The notes under the pieces were generated by a model, which searched no databases, was not told the DNA's origin, and saw only the letters and a list, made by a program, of their open reading frames with translations. Positions 37,450-46,058 of a stretch of DNA of 64,000 bases are shown piece after piece. A program made the position numbers and the translations under genes. The DNA comes from a virus. How positions within the stretch are numbered: the stretch's first letter is position 1; every line of letters starts with the position of its first letter. Where the stretch lies: IMG/VR virus record IMGVR_UViG_3300042387_001967; one strand, given 5' to 3'.

Positions 37450-38933
37450 GACAGATCCTCCGGTTTGATGTAGCCCTCCAGCGCCAGCGTCATCAGCTCC
37501 CCAGGTCCAGGGGTGCCGACCGCGTCAGCGCCGCGACCGCGCGCCAGCTTAGCCAGGCGTTCGCGCTCGGAGTCGTCGAAGTCGTGCCGCTGCATGTAGT
37601 GGCGGACATACTCCTTGCGCCGGTAGCCTTCCATCCCCTCCTTGAAGTCTTCCCGCTGCTTAGCGGGCAGCAGCTTCAGCGGGTCGATGCCCCAGTTGAC
37701 CAGGGCGAACGCGCGGCGTGGTGTCGGCTTGGCCTCGAACTGCGCGCCGGTCCGAGCCTTGAAACTTTTCCACCTGGCGATCTGCTTCTCGTCTGTCTCG
37801 CCGCGGCGACCGGTGTGGTAGTTCTCATACCACTGCAGCCAGCCCTGCTTGTCGGTGTCGTCCAGCCAGTGCTCCGGCCACGCGCGCATGGACGCAAGGC
37901 GCGGACCTTTGCCGCCGTAGATCGCGTTGTAGGACTCCTTGAGTTCGTCCGGCGTGAAGTCCGGGGAGAACGCTGCGCGCTTGGTCAGCGGCACGTCGAA
38001 CGATTCCCACTGTCCCCAGATCTGTTCGGGCGTGAAGTCAGGATCGAACGGGACGGCTGCCGCCTTGGTCATGCGGTCGGCTGCGTCGATCGCGGTCCCC
38101 GCCATCCTCCAGCTTGCCGCCTTCTCGTGGCTGTAGAGGTTCGGCAGGTTCTGCTTGAGAATCGACTCCGCCACCTGGGCGCGGTCCAGCGCCGCCCGGA
38201 TGTCCTTCACGCGGTCCTCTGGCGCACGCGCGGGGTCGCGCTCCCACTTTGGGATCACCTTGTTGTACACGCGGTCCAGTGTATGCCTCGAATACTTCGC
38301 CCGGTTGGCTTCGAGAATCTCCGGCCCCCACCGACGCGCGAGCTCCTCGTCCGTCACCCCGAGGTCCTTGAACACCGAGTAGGCGTGCAGGTCCGACGAT
38401 CCCACCTTGAGACGATACTGCGCCGTGCGCGGGTCGAACGACACCCGCAGGGCCGAGCCGGTGCCGGGGCGCACGTTCAGATGCGTCTCGAGCTCGCCAT
38501 TGTCCCGGCGTCGCGTGTAGGCCCCAGGCAGCAGGCGCGACTGCATGGCTGGGGCATACTCGGATCCGTTCTCGATGAACGTCCCGCGCTCCGTCAGGTA
38601 AGGCACTCGGGCCAGCGTCACATTCTTGCGCTCGTCGAGCACCTCGTTGGTCACGTCGTCCACGAGCCGCATCGTTCCGCGCAGCCGGCGCACGAGCGAC
38701 TTGTCGTCCAGCAGCGCCTCGCGTTGCTCGGCTTTGGTGAACCTCGCCGGACCGACATGCTTCATGTCTTTCAGCTCCAGCCGGACTCCGCCGTAGGCGT
38801 AGCCGTTGACGTAGCGCTGCATGGACTGCATCACAGAGGTATCGATCGCCTCCCGCGTGGCGTCGGAATCTTCCGGGTCGCGCAGCGTGACGCCTTCTGG
38901 CGGCTCAGGGATGTCGGAGGATGGATTCGGCAC
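37446..38933 (-). CDS. RNA polymerase beta N-terminal fragment fused to a GWLQWY-type domain
   Basis: LARVPYLTERGTFIENGSEY..SRLLPGAY corresponds to the beta N-terminal motif (IPxMTxxGTFIING..SPG). C-terminal GWLQWY..GRR..DEKQIARW domain. Confidence 0.85.
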   Translation of the reverse strand: MPNPSSDIPEPPEGVTLRDPEDSDATREAIDTSVMQSMQRYVNGYAYGGVRLELKDMKHVGPARFTKAEQREALLDDKSLVRRLRGTMRLVDDVTNEVLDERKNVTLARVPYLTERGTFIENGSEYAPAMQSRLLPGAYTRRRDNGELETHLNVRPGTGSALRVSFDPRTAQYRLKVGSSDLHAYSVFKDLGVTDEELARRWGPEILEANRAKYSRHTLDRVYNKVIPKWERDPARAPEDRVKDIRAALDRAQVAESILKQNLPNLYSHEKAASWRMAGTAIDAADRMTKAAAVPFDPDFTPEQIWGQWESFDVPLTKRAAFSPDFTPDELKESYNAIYGGKGPRLASMRAWPEHWLDDTDKQGWLQWYENYHTGRRGETDEKQIARWKSFKARTGAQFEAKPTPRRAFALVNWGIDPLKLLPAKQREDFKEGMEGYRRKEYVRHYMQRHDFDDSERERLAKLARGRGADAVGTPGPGELMTLALEGYIKPEDLS

Positions 38934-38977
38934 GTACAGCTTTTACCGCAGTCTGTCACTCGTTGCAATCCGTTACA

Positions 38978-41626
38978 TTATCGGTTCAGGTGTTTCTCCA
39001 GGAAGTCGTGCTTCGCATCGTCCGCCTCGTTCGTGTAGTCCAGCACCAGCTCCAGGTCCGCATTCGCGCGCGCAGACTTCTCGTGCAGTCGGTCAAACGA
39101 CTCCTTCGGAATTTCGTCAGGACGACGCAAGATCTGCAGCGGCTTGCGCGTGGTGGACCGCACCCATTCCAGGATGTTCTTGTCGTGCATCTTTCGCATG
39201 CGCGACATCACCGTGACCGGCTCGGCGCCGCACTGCTCCGCCAGCGCATCCACGTCGAACTGCCACCAGCCGTCCTTCTCCACGCCGACGTCGAAGATCG
39301 CGTCGCGCGTTTCCGATTCCTTCTTCGTCATGGTCGGAATGACTTCCTCAAACCGGATGCGATGCTGCCGCGCGGCGTCCGCGTCGTGCGCGAAGATTCG
39401 CTCACCCAGGCAGAACGACATGATGGCCTGGGTCGCGAACGGATCGATCGAAGCCCGCTTGCATATCTCATCGCGCGACGCCGTGATCGCCCCGTTGGCG
39501 CCCTCACGCATCTGACTTGCCGCCTTGAAGAACGCCTTGATGTCCTCCGGCGTTGGATTGCCGCAGCGGATGAAGTGCTTCCGCGTGCGAATGCCCTCAG
39601 GAGTCGGGATGATCGTGCAGTAGGAGTCGAGACCGTCTCTGCCTGCGCGACCCGCTTCTTGCGCCAAAGCCACCAGAGTGCCCGGGATGTCGAAGTGCAC
39701 CACGTGTCTGATATTGCTTTTGTCCACGCCCATGCCGAACGCGTTCGTGGCCACGATGACTGCCTCGGGGTCCGCCATGAACTTGTCCTGGTTGAACCGA
39801 CGATCCGGCTGCAGCATTCCGCCGTGGTAGAAGTAGACCGGGCGGTTGGTGTAGCGGCTGATGGCCGCCGCGTATTCCTCCACCCTCTTACGCGTGGAAG
39901 CGTAGACGATGGTCGGCCCCTCGCAGTTCGCAGCCACCCAGGGTGCGGCCTCCGACATGCGGTCCAGGAACAGGGACGCCAGATGCAGATTCGTGCGGCG
40001 CGGGTAGTGGTAGATCAGCTTGGCCTTGAGGATGCCCAGACCGCTCCGCACCTCCGCCTCAGCCTCCTCGGACAGCGTCGCAGAGAACGCCGCCACCACT
40101 TTCGGCTGCACCTTCTGGATGAACTCCCCGGCGAACTTGTAGCCGGGACGGAAGGTGTCCGCCCAGTCATGGAACGTGTGACAGTTTCCTATCACGACAA
40201 CTTTTCCGCTGCGTCGAACCACGATGCACCCGGTGGGTACAGTCACGCAGTAGACCATTCCGTCGTAGTCCGTCACGCGCTTCCTGAATTCCTGCGTGTC
40301 TACGGTTGGCTCGCCCAGGCGAATGAACAACCGGTGTACATCGCTGAATGCGTCCGACCTGTGATCCACCTGCAATGTTTTTCGGGCGCGCAGTCCAGCG
40401 CGTATGCAGACTTCCTGGAAGTAGTCTGTGTTGTCCTCCACCGTGCTGCTGTAGTAACCCAGCGAATCGCTGACGTCGCTACCATCCCAGGCGATGCATT
40501 CGTCGACCAGCGCGCGACAGGCATCAGCCGACAGATCGTTGTAATCAAGCACCTCGCGCATGATCTTGGAAAGCCCGGGCACCCCCGTCACGATGAACCT
40601 TCGACGGCTACCATCTGATCGGTCTTTTACCTCGTTGAAGGCATAACCGCCGTCTTTCATGATCTGCAGGAATCGCTTGATCTTTCGCTGCTTCACGAAC
40701 GAAAACGCAGCAGACGATTTGCTGTGGGCGTTTCCGTCCGCCTGAAAAGCAGTCTGAAGACGCTCCCAAGGTGTCAATGCGGAGCGTCCAGTGCCGGCGC
40801 CGGCTGCGGCTCTCATACGCCACATGTAGCTGAACTTGGCGTCCGCGGCAGTTCGCTTTCGCCAGCTGCCGTCAGCCCTGTAAACCAGCAGATCGTGATT
40901 CGGAGTTACCGAGATGTCTATGCCGCTGGTCGATTCGATGTGGATCATCTCTCCTTTGTGCCGCCTACGTATGACGCGCGACGGAACGACCAGCGTCATC
41001 TCGTGCGTGTCCGGATCCACCTGAGCCACCTGATCTGCATCGTCCAGTGCATCGAATCTCACGAATCCACGACCCGTGAGAATCTCAACGTCAGGCGCAA
41101 AGCACTCGTCCATCGCCACAAAATCAGGCGGGAACTGCGACACCACGTTCGACCACTCCGGATTCGAGAAGCGCTCCGGGCTGACCAGCATGAACTGCAG
41201 CGTGCCCGACGCCCAGTCCCGCAGCACCGAGGCGTTGTGTCCGTCCGTCTCCTGGCTGGAGATGGACGCCGCAGCAAGCCCCTTGCGCTGCATGGACGTG
41301 GCCTGGTCACGCATGAGCGCGATCAGCGGGTAGATGACGATGGTGCGCCAGCCCATGCACAGCGTCGGCACAACGAAGCATGCACTTTTCCCAGACCCGG
41401 TTGGCAGGATCGTGATCGTGTCCCGCTGCGCCATGATGGACTTCACCGATCGGTCCTGCCCCTCCCGGAGCGTGCTGAACCGCAGGCTGTTCAGGACCGC
41501 CGGCATCTTCTTCATTCCCTGCATCAGCGCCTGTATTTCGGCGGTGGTTGTTACGGCTTTCCGCGCTTCGATCGGAGGACTTTCAGTTTCGGATTCTTCG
41601 GGTTTCGGTTTGGTCAGAGTCGACAT
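38978..41626 (-). CDS. recQ: RecQ-family helicase with intein
   Basis: LPTGSGKS, PLIALMRDQ, SPER, DE|CH, SAT, YHGG, ATNAFGMGVD and QEAGRAGRDG. Confidence 0.93.
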   Translation of the reverse strand: MSTLTKPKPEESETESPPIEARKAVTTTAEIQALMQGMKKMPAVLNSLRFSTLREGQDRSVKSIMAQRDTITILPTGSGKSACFVVPTLCMGWRTIVIYPLIALMRDQATSMQRKGLAAASISSQETDGHNASVLRDWASGTLQFMLVSPERFSNPEWSNVVSQFPPDFVAMDECFAPDVEILTGRGFVRFDALDDADQVAQVDPDTHEMTLVVPSRVIRRRHKGEMIHIESTSGIDISVTPNHDLLVYRADGSWRKRTAADAKFSYMWRMRAAAGAGTGRSALTPWERLQTAFQADGNAHSKSSAAFSFVKQRKIKRFLQIMKDGGYAFNEVKDRSDGSRRRFIVTGVPGLSKIMREVLDYNDLSADACRALVDECIAWDGSDVSDSLGYYSSTVEDNTDYFQEVCIRAGLRARKTLQVDHRSDAFSDVHRLFIRLGEPTVDTQEFRKRVTDYDGMVYCVTVPTGCIVVRRSGKVVVIGNCHTFHDWADTFRPGYKFAGEFIQKVQPKVVAAFSATLSEEAEAEVRSGLGILKAKLIYHYPRRTNLHLASLFLDRMSEAAPWVAANCEGPTIVYASTRKRVEEYAAAISRYTNRPVYFYHGGMLQPDRRFNQDKFMADPEAVIVATNAFGMGVDKSNIRHVVHFDIPGTLVALAQEAGRAGRDGLDSYCTIIPTPEGIRTRKHFIRCGNPTPEDIKAFFKAASQMREGANGAITASRDEICKRASIDPFATQAIMSFCLGERIFAHDADAARQHRIRFEEVIPTMTKKESETRDAIFDVGVEKDGWWQFDVDALAEQCGAEPVTVMSRMRKMHDKNILEWVRSTTRKPLQILRRPDEIPKESFDRLHEKSARANADLELVLDYTNEADDAKHDFLEKHLNR
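40184..41104 (-). mobile_element. intein (307 aa) with LAGLIDADG-like endonuclease in RecQ
   Basis: Starts CFAPDVEIL, ends VVIGN, +1 residue Cys; internal AFQADG and AWDGS blocks. Confidence 0.9.
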
Positions 41627-42063
41627 GATGATAGTTGCACGGCGATGATCATGGAGAGGTCATCGCCGACTTTGAATGTGTGGAATAAACCTCGACATCT
41701 CATGCGTTGCAGCGCCGCCAGCATGTCCGCCCACGGATCGGCGACAGCCAGCCATAACGACTCCGGGCCGGATGCGGTCGTGTCCTTCACCACATACATC
41801 GACCCCGGCGTCGACAGCAGATGTTCCGCAAGCGGCGTCGACTCCTCGTTCATGATGTCCGTCGCGACAGCCGCCACCCACGGATACAACCCGTGGGTGG
41901 CGACGATCAACAGCCGCAGGGGTGAGTCGGCCGGCAGGCTGTCCACTGCCGCGGTCTTGACATCGTCGAGAGCGTCAGACGCCGGCACTCCCAGCAGCTT
42001 CGCCAGCATGCGGCTGACGACCGAGTCCGATGCCTTCACCGGCGACGGTGCGTGACGCTTCAC
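41614..42063 (-). CDS. hypothetical protein
   Basis: 149 aa, coupled to the recA-like gene. Confidence 0.65.
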   Translation of the reverse strand: MKRHAPSPVKASDSVVSRMLAKLLGVPASDALDDVKTAAVDSLPADSPLRLLIVATHGLYPWVAAVATDIMNEESTPLAEHLLSTPGSMYVVKDTTASGPESLWLAVADPWADMLAALQRMRCRGLFHTFKVGDDLSMIIAVQLSSCRL

Positions 42064-43499
42064 GGCACCACCTCCGGCTCGGCGCCGTCATCCTCGTCCT
42101 CGTCATCAGCGACGTCGTTCTCGGCGGGCACGATATGTTTGATCGCCCGCGCATACCCTTCGATGTCCAGCTGACCGCCGATATACTCGATGTGCTCAGG
42201 GTGCGTATGCAGCGCGCGCATCAGCTCCTCGGGCTTCACAGCCACGCAGCCCAGCGCATCGCAGGTGTAGAGGTCCTTCTCGACAGTCGTACCGAGGAAC
42301 TTGTTGGTCACCATCCAGGTAGCGGTCCGGTCTGCGTAGGTGAACGCGGGTGCCTGATAATCCTCAGTGTCCTCATGGCGGTCGAAGAACAGCGTCATGT
42401 CGCATGTCCTGCCCCTTGGTCCATAGGAGTTTTTCAGCAGCATCACACGCAGGACATGCCCGTAGACCTCCTTGTTGCCGTCCTTCGCGCGAATGTCCGT
42501 CGTCGACATCATGGTCATCCGATAGGCGCACAGGCGCTTCATCGCCCGACCGCCGACACGCGTGTCGTTCTTCAGCGGGCTCGGCGCCATATAGGACGGC
42601 AAGGGCTTGGCGGCCATGTCGACCTTGTCGTTCTGCTTGTTGATGAACACCACCGTGGTGTTGTTCTTCTCCATGAACGCCGGCAACCAGCGCGCCATTC
42701 CCTGCGCATGCTTCGAGTGTCCGAAGTTGGATCCGTCCACCGTGTCCTTGGGCGCTTCCTTCTTCGCGTTGGCGGCCAGACCCCAGTCCGTATTGCCTAC
42801 GGCCTCGCTCTTTGACATCAACCCGCTCCACGGATCAGCGAAGAAGAAGATCGGATTGCCTTTCGTTTCGGGATCGCTGTCGCACCTCTTGCGCAGATCT
42901 TCGACCGTCTTCCGGAGCGTGTCGTCGAACTGCGGCAGCGACCTGGCTTCAGTGTATTCGATCGAGTTGACCTTGATGACCGCCAGCTTCGGGTCGCGGT
43001 CCATGATGCGCTTGATGCGCTTGTCGGACATCTGCTTGCCCTCGCACTCGCAGTAGATGGCGTAACAGCCCATATCCAGCAGCCGGCTGATCCAGTCGAA
43101 CACGAACGTCGTGCTGCCGACGCCCTCCTGCGCGATGATCTCGATGGCCAATGGGTAGCGGAAACCGATCGAGCCCAGCATGTTCTGGAACTGCAGTTCG
43201 TCGTATGGAATCATGTTCCTGCGCAGCATGGCCGGGGTGAACAGGCGGATGGGCCGCTGCTTCGATCGCTCATGCAAGACGTCGATGCTCTTGCGGATGT
43301 TCTCGGTCATCTTGCTGAGGACCTTCACCCTGTTACCGGCGTCGACCCGCGGCTTGAGCAGCAGCGGCTGGAACTTGTCCGGGTCTTCGATCTGGAGCTC
43401 GGCGGGCGTTTTGGTTGGTCTCCGCGCGACTTTCTTGGGGGCGGGTTTTGCAGCCGGCACAACGGGCTGCTTCTTGGGTGTGCGTTTTTTAGCTGGCAT
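42060..43499 (-). CDS. RecA/UvsX-like recombinase with degenerate Walker A
   Basis: IEIIAQEGVGSTT, FFADPWSGL, VFINK, GGRAMKRLCAYR and LLKNSYGP align with RecA motifs. Confidence 0.8.
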   Translation of the reverse strand: MPAKKRTPKKQPVVPAAKPAPKKVARRPTKTPAELQIEDPDKFQPLLLKPRVDAGNRVKVLSKMTENIRKSIDVLHERSKQRPIRLFTPAMLRRNMIPYDELQFQNMLGSIGFRYPLAIEIIAQEGVGSTTFVFDWISRLLDMGCYAIYCECEGKQMSDKRIKRIMDRDPKLAVIKVNSIEYTEARSLPQFDDTLRKTVEDLRKRCDSDPETKGNPIFFFADPWSGLMSKSEAVGNTDWGLAANAKKEAPKDTVDGSNFGHSKHAQGMARWLPAFMEKNNTTVVFINKQNDKVDMAAKPLPSYMAPSPLKNDTRVGGRAMKRLCAYRMTMMSTTDIRAKDGNKEVYGHVLRVMLLKNSYGPRGRTCDMTLFFDRHEDTEDYQAPAFTYADRTATWMVTNKFLGTTVEKDLYTCDALGCVAVKPEELMRALHTHPEHIEYIGGQLDIEGYARAIKHIVPAENDVADDEDEDDGAEPEVVP

Positions 43500-43521
43500 A
43501 TGATAGGTAAAGGAACAGAGA

Positions 43522-43547
43522 CACCGGGGAGGACGGCCTCCCCGGTG
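43522..43547 (-). terminator. 11-bp stem hairpin + CTTTACCT
   Basis: CACCGGGGAGG-acgg-CCTCCCCGGTG, intergenic. Confidence 0.6.
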
Positions 43548-43575
43548 CTCAAGTTACTGTTGGTGTGGGTGTCGT

Positions 43576-45318
43576 TTAGTCGAGCAGTTCCATCAAGCCG
43601 GAGACCACGTCATCCGGCAGTTCCGTGCTGCGGCCTTTGTCGGTGGCGTTCCACGCGCGTTCGACCAAGACTTTGGCCTTCTTCTGCTTGTCGGCGGCGA
43701 GCCGCTGGAAGCTGCCGGCGTCAGGAAACAGCCGCGTATGCATGCCCTCCAGTGTCACCTCGCCTGCTGCTGAACCAGCGGGCACCGTGGGCGGTTCCTC
43801 GTCATCCGGCACCATGGGTGGTTCTTCGTCGGCTGGCACCATGGGTGGTTCTTCGTCGGCTGGCACCATGGGTGGTGCGTCATCACCTGCCGGCAGAGTG
43901 ACCAGCCCGGACTCCTCCAGGCTGACCCACGTGTTCGGCCTGATCATGACTTTGACGCCTTCGATCTGTCCGGCGTCTGTCATCGCCTGGAGTTCCGCCA
44001 GCGTTTTCTTCGCCGGTTTCACGCCTGACGCGCCCGCCCAGAACGGCGAGGCGAGGTCGCCCGCCTTCGCGATCGGTGCGTCAGCAGGCGCGCGCTCCTT
44101 CGGAGGGGACGTGCGTTCTGGCATCGGCGGCTTCGCGTTGGTCGGAGCGAGACGCGAAGCAGCAGGGCCTCCGCCGGTCACAGCGGCGACTGGATCGCCG
44201 TCGTCCGGCGCGGCTTCGCGCGACGTACGGCTCGCGCGCGACGTGCGAGTCTCCGCGTTATCTGGCGACTCTCCGTCCGGCGTGCGCGAGGCGGCTCCCG
44301 CTGTGAGGCGGACATATTCAGGACGGTCTGCGGGCAGTTCCCCGCTGTAGCGCTGCGCGCAGGCGCCGCGAATCATTTCCATCGTGACGGCCGCGTCGTA
44401 GGTCTTGATCATGTGATCCACCTGCTCCTCGTAGGTGGGGATGTTCCAATTCGCCGGGTCCGGCAGCAGGAAGCGGCTGGCCAGCACCTCCGCGCTGATC
44501 TTGTGGATCTTCGGCTTTTCGTCGAGGATCTCGGCCCGGTCCGTGAAGCAGATCACGTTGGTGTCATACGGGTCCTTCGGGTCCAGGTTGACCTTGTCAA
44601 TGTGCCATTCCAGCGCGCTGGTCGGGTCGGTCGGATCGCCCAGCAGGTAGTGCGGCCAGTTGGGATCGCGCGCCGGCCCGTCATCCGAGCGGTGCGCCCA
44701 GCGCATCTGCTCGATGCAGTAGGAATACGCCGCCTGCGTGATGGCAAGGACGCCGTTGTGCCAGCTGTGCTCCTTGGTGATGCAGCGCGCCAGCGCAAAG
44801 AAACGCAGCGAGCGTCCGGGCACCAGGGCGTTTTCCTTCATGGACGGGGCCTTCAGATAGAAGTCCTTCTTGGAATCGCTGAACGCCTTGTTCCGGCGAA
44901 TCCAGCGATTGAGGTCATCGAACGCGTCCGCGACATCATCGTTGCTGAGGGTCTCGCCTCCGATCATGTTGCGACGATTCGACGGTGAGAGCCAGTGCTC
45001 CTTCTTCTCGCCGAGGAACGGGTAGCACGTCAGCGGCAGCGCGAACGCGTTCGGCGTGAAGTGCCGCGGCAGACGCTTGTCGGGTGTGTCGCTCCAGCAT
45101 GCTGCGACCGAGGCGGCGAACGCCTTGTCGTCGAAGGAGAGCGTCCAGTCGTAGGACGGCAGCAGGAAGCCGCGGAGTTTGGCGTCGATCGACTGCTTGC
45201 CGATCATGTAGAGCTTGAATGCGTCCCCGCCGCGCGGCGTGGCGCCCAGCAGTGGGCGCCAATCGCCCTCTCCGTAAGCGGCATCGGCATCGACAACAGG
45301 TGTGAATTTCTTGGACAT
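43576..45318 (-). CDS. hypothetical replication-block protein (SSB-like candidate) with GYF_2-like segment and acidic Pro repeats
   Basis: 580 aa, adjacent to the recA-like gene; low-complexity linker; DEEPPMVPA repeats. Confidence 0.6.
   Translation of the reverse strand: MSKKFTPVVDADAAYGEGDWRPLLGATPRGGDAFKLYMIGKQSIDAKLRGFLLPSYDWTLSFDDKAFAASVAACWSDTPDKRLPRHFTPNAFALPLTCYPFLGEKKEHWLSPSNRRNMIGGETLSNDDVADAFDDLNRWIRRNKAFSDSKKDFYLKAPSMKENALVPGRSLRFFALARCITKEHSWHNGVLAITQAAYSYCIEQMRWAHRSDDGPARDPNWPHYLLGDPTDPTSALEWHIDKVNLDPKDPYDTNVICFTDRAEILDEKPKIHKISAEVLASRFLLPDPANWNIPTYEEQVDHMIKTYDAAVTMEMIRGACAQRYSGELPADRPEYVRLTAGAASRTPDGESPDNAETRTSRASRTSREAAPDDGDPVAAVTGGGPAASRLAPTNAKPPMPERTSPPKERAPADAPIAKAGDLASPFWAGASGVKPAKKTLAELQAMTDAGQIEGVKVMIRPNTWVSLEESGLVTLPAGDDAPPMVPADEEPPMVPADEEPPMVPDDEEPPTVPAGSAAGEVTLEGMHTRLFPDAGSFQRLAADKQKKAKVLVERAWNATDKGRSTELPDDVVSGLMELLD
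43781..43885. repeat. 4 x 27-bp coding tandem repeat
   Basis: Unit GGCACCATGGGTGGTTCTTCGTCGGCT, encoding DEEPPMVPA. Confidence 0.9.
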
Positions 45319-45351
45319 AGGTATTTTGGTTTCTGCGTAGTTTCTGAGTGC

Positions 45352-45381
45352 GCAAAGGCGGACCGAATGGTCCGCCTTTGC
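45352..45381. terminator. 13-bp stem hairpin
   Basis: GCAAAGGCGGACC-gaat-GGTCCGCCTTTGC. Confidence 0.6.
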
Positions 45382-45410
45382 AGTGATTGATCCTCGTGTG
45401 TGTCGGTGAG

Positions 45411-46058
45411 TTAAGCGCTCTGAACTTCGGTCGCTTCCTCTTCGCCTTCCTCATCAATGGCGTCGGGGTCCATCTTGCTGTCGGACGGCTTCGTCGCTTC
45501 GCGGCGGCTCGCCGCGTTCAGCTTGATCTCGACTGAGTTTTCCGTCGTGTTGACGACCCGCCCGAGATTGCCAAGCCGCGTCGATGTCTCAACCGGCTTG
45601 CCAGACGCGAACAGCCTGTCCAGCTCGAGGATGATCGCGGCCGACTGCTCGAAGCGCACGTTGAACGGACGCTGGGTCACCCGGGCGACCACTCCGTCCA
45701 GATCGTATTGCACGATCATGGTGGTGACGCCGTCCTGCGACTTGGGCACGACTCCCGACCGGTAGAGCCGGTTCGGGATGATGTCGAGCCCGACTGCCTT
45801 GCCGGCGTCGTTGGTGTGCACGATGAACTGGTGGTTCTGCAGTCTGTCCAGTCCATCCGGGACCTCGCCAACTTCGTTGGTGCCTGCTGCGTAGAGGAAC
45901 AGTGCTTTCGTGGTCGGGCTGTGCTGCTGGTAGCTGCTGCCGTCAATGTAGGAGAGAAGGACGATGTTCTTCCCTGTGTTCGGGTCGAGCCGCGTCTCAG
46001 GTGCGGTGATCCGTTTGGCGATGGTTCTGGTGGCGGTTGCGCGTGATTTGATTTTCAT
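45411..46058 (-). CDS. hypothetical protein
   Basis: 215 aa, acidic tail. Confidence 0.7.
   Translation of the reverse strand: MKIKSRATATRTIAKRITAPETRLDPNTGKNIVLLSYIDGSSYQQHSPTTKALFLYAAGTNEVGEVPDGLDRLQNHQFIVHTNDAGKAVGLDIIPNRLYRSGVVPKSQDGVTTMIVQYDLDGVVARVTQRPFNVRFEQSAAIILELDRLFASGKPVETSTRLGNLGRVVNTTENSVEIKLNAASRREATKPSDSKMDPDAIDEEGEEEATEVQSA

Noticed and set aside
20171-38933. Host rpoB/rpoC operon or a bacterial chromosome
   Set aside because: The fragments are divergent and dispersed among phage-type genes, with no ribosomal-protein or housekeeping neighbours.
26041-43885. CRISPR array from the 132-bp or 27-bp repeats
   Set aside because: The repeats are tandem, in frame and have no unique spacers; no cas genes are present.
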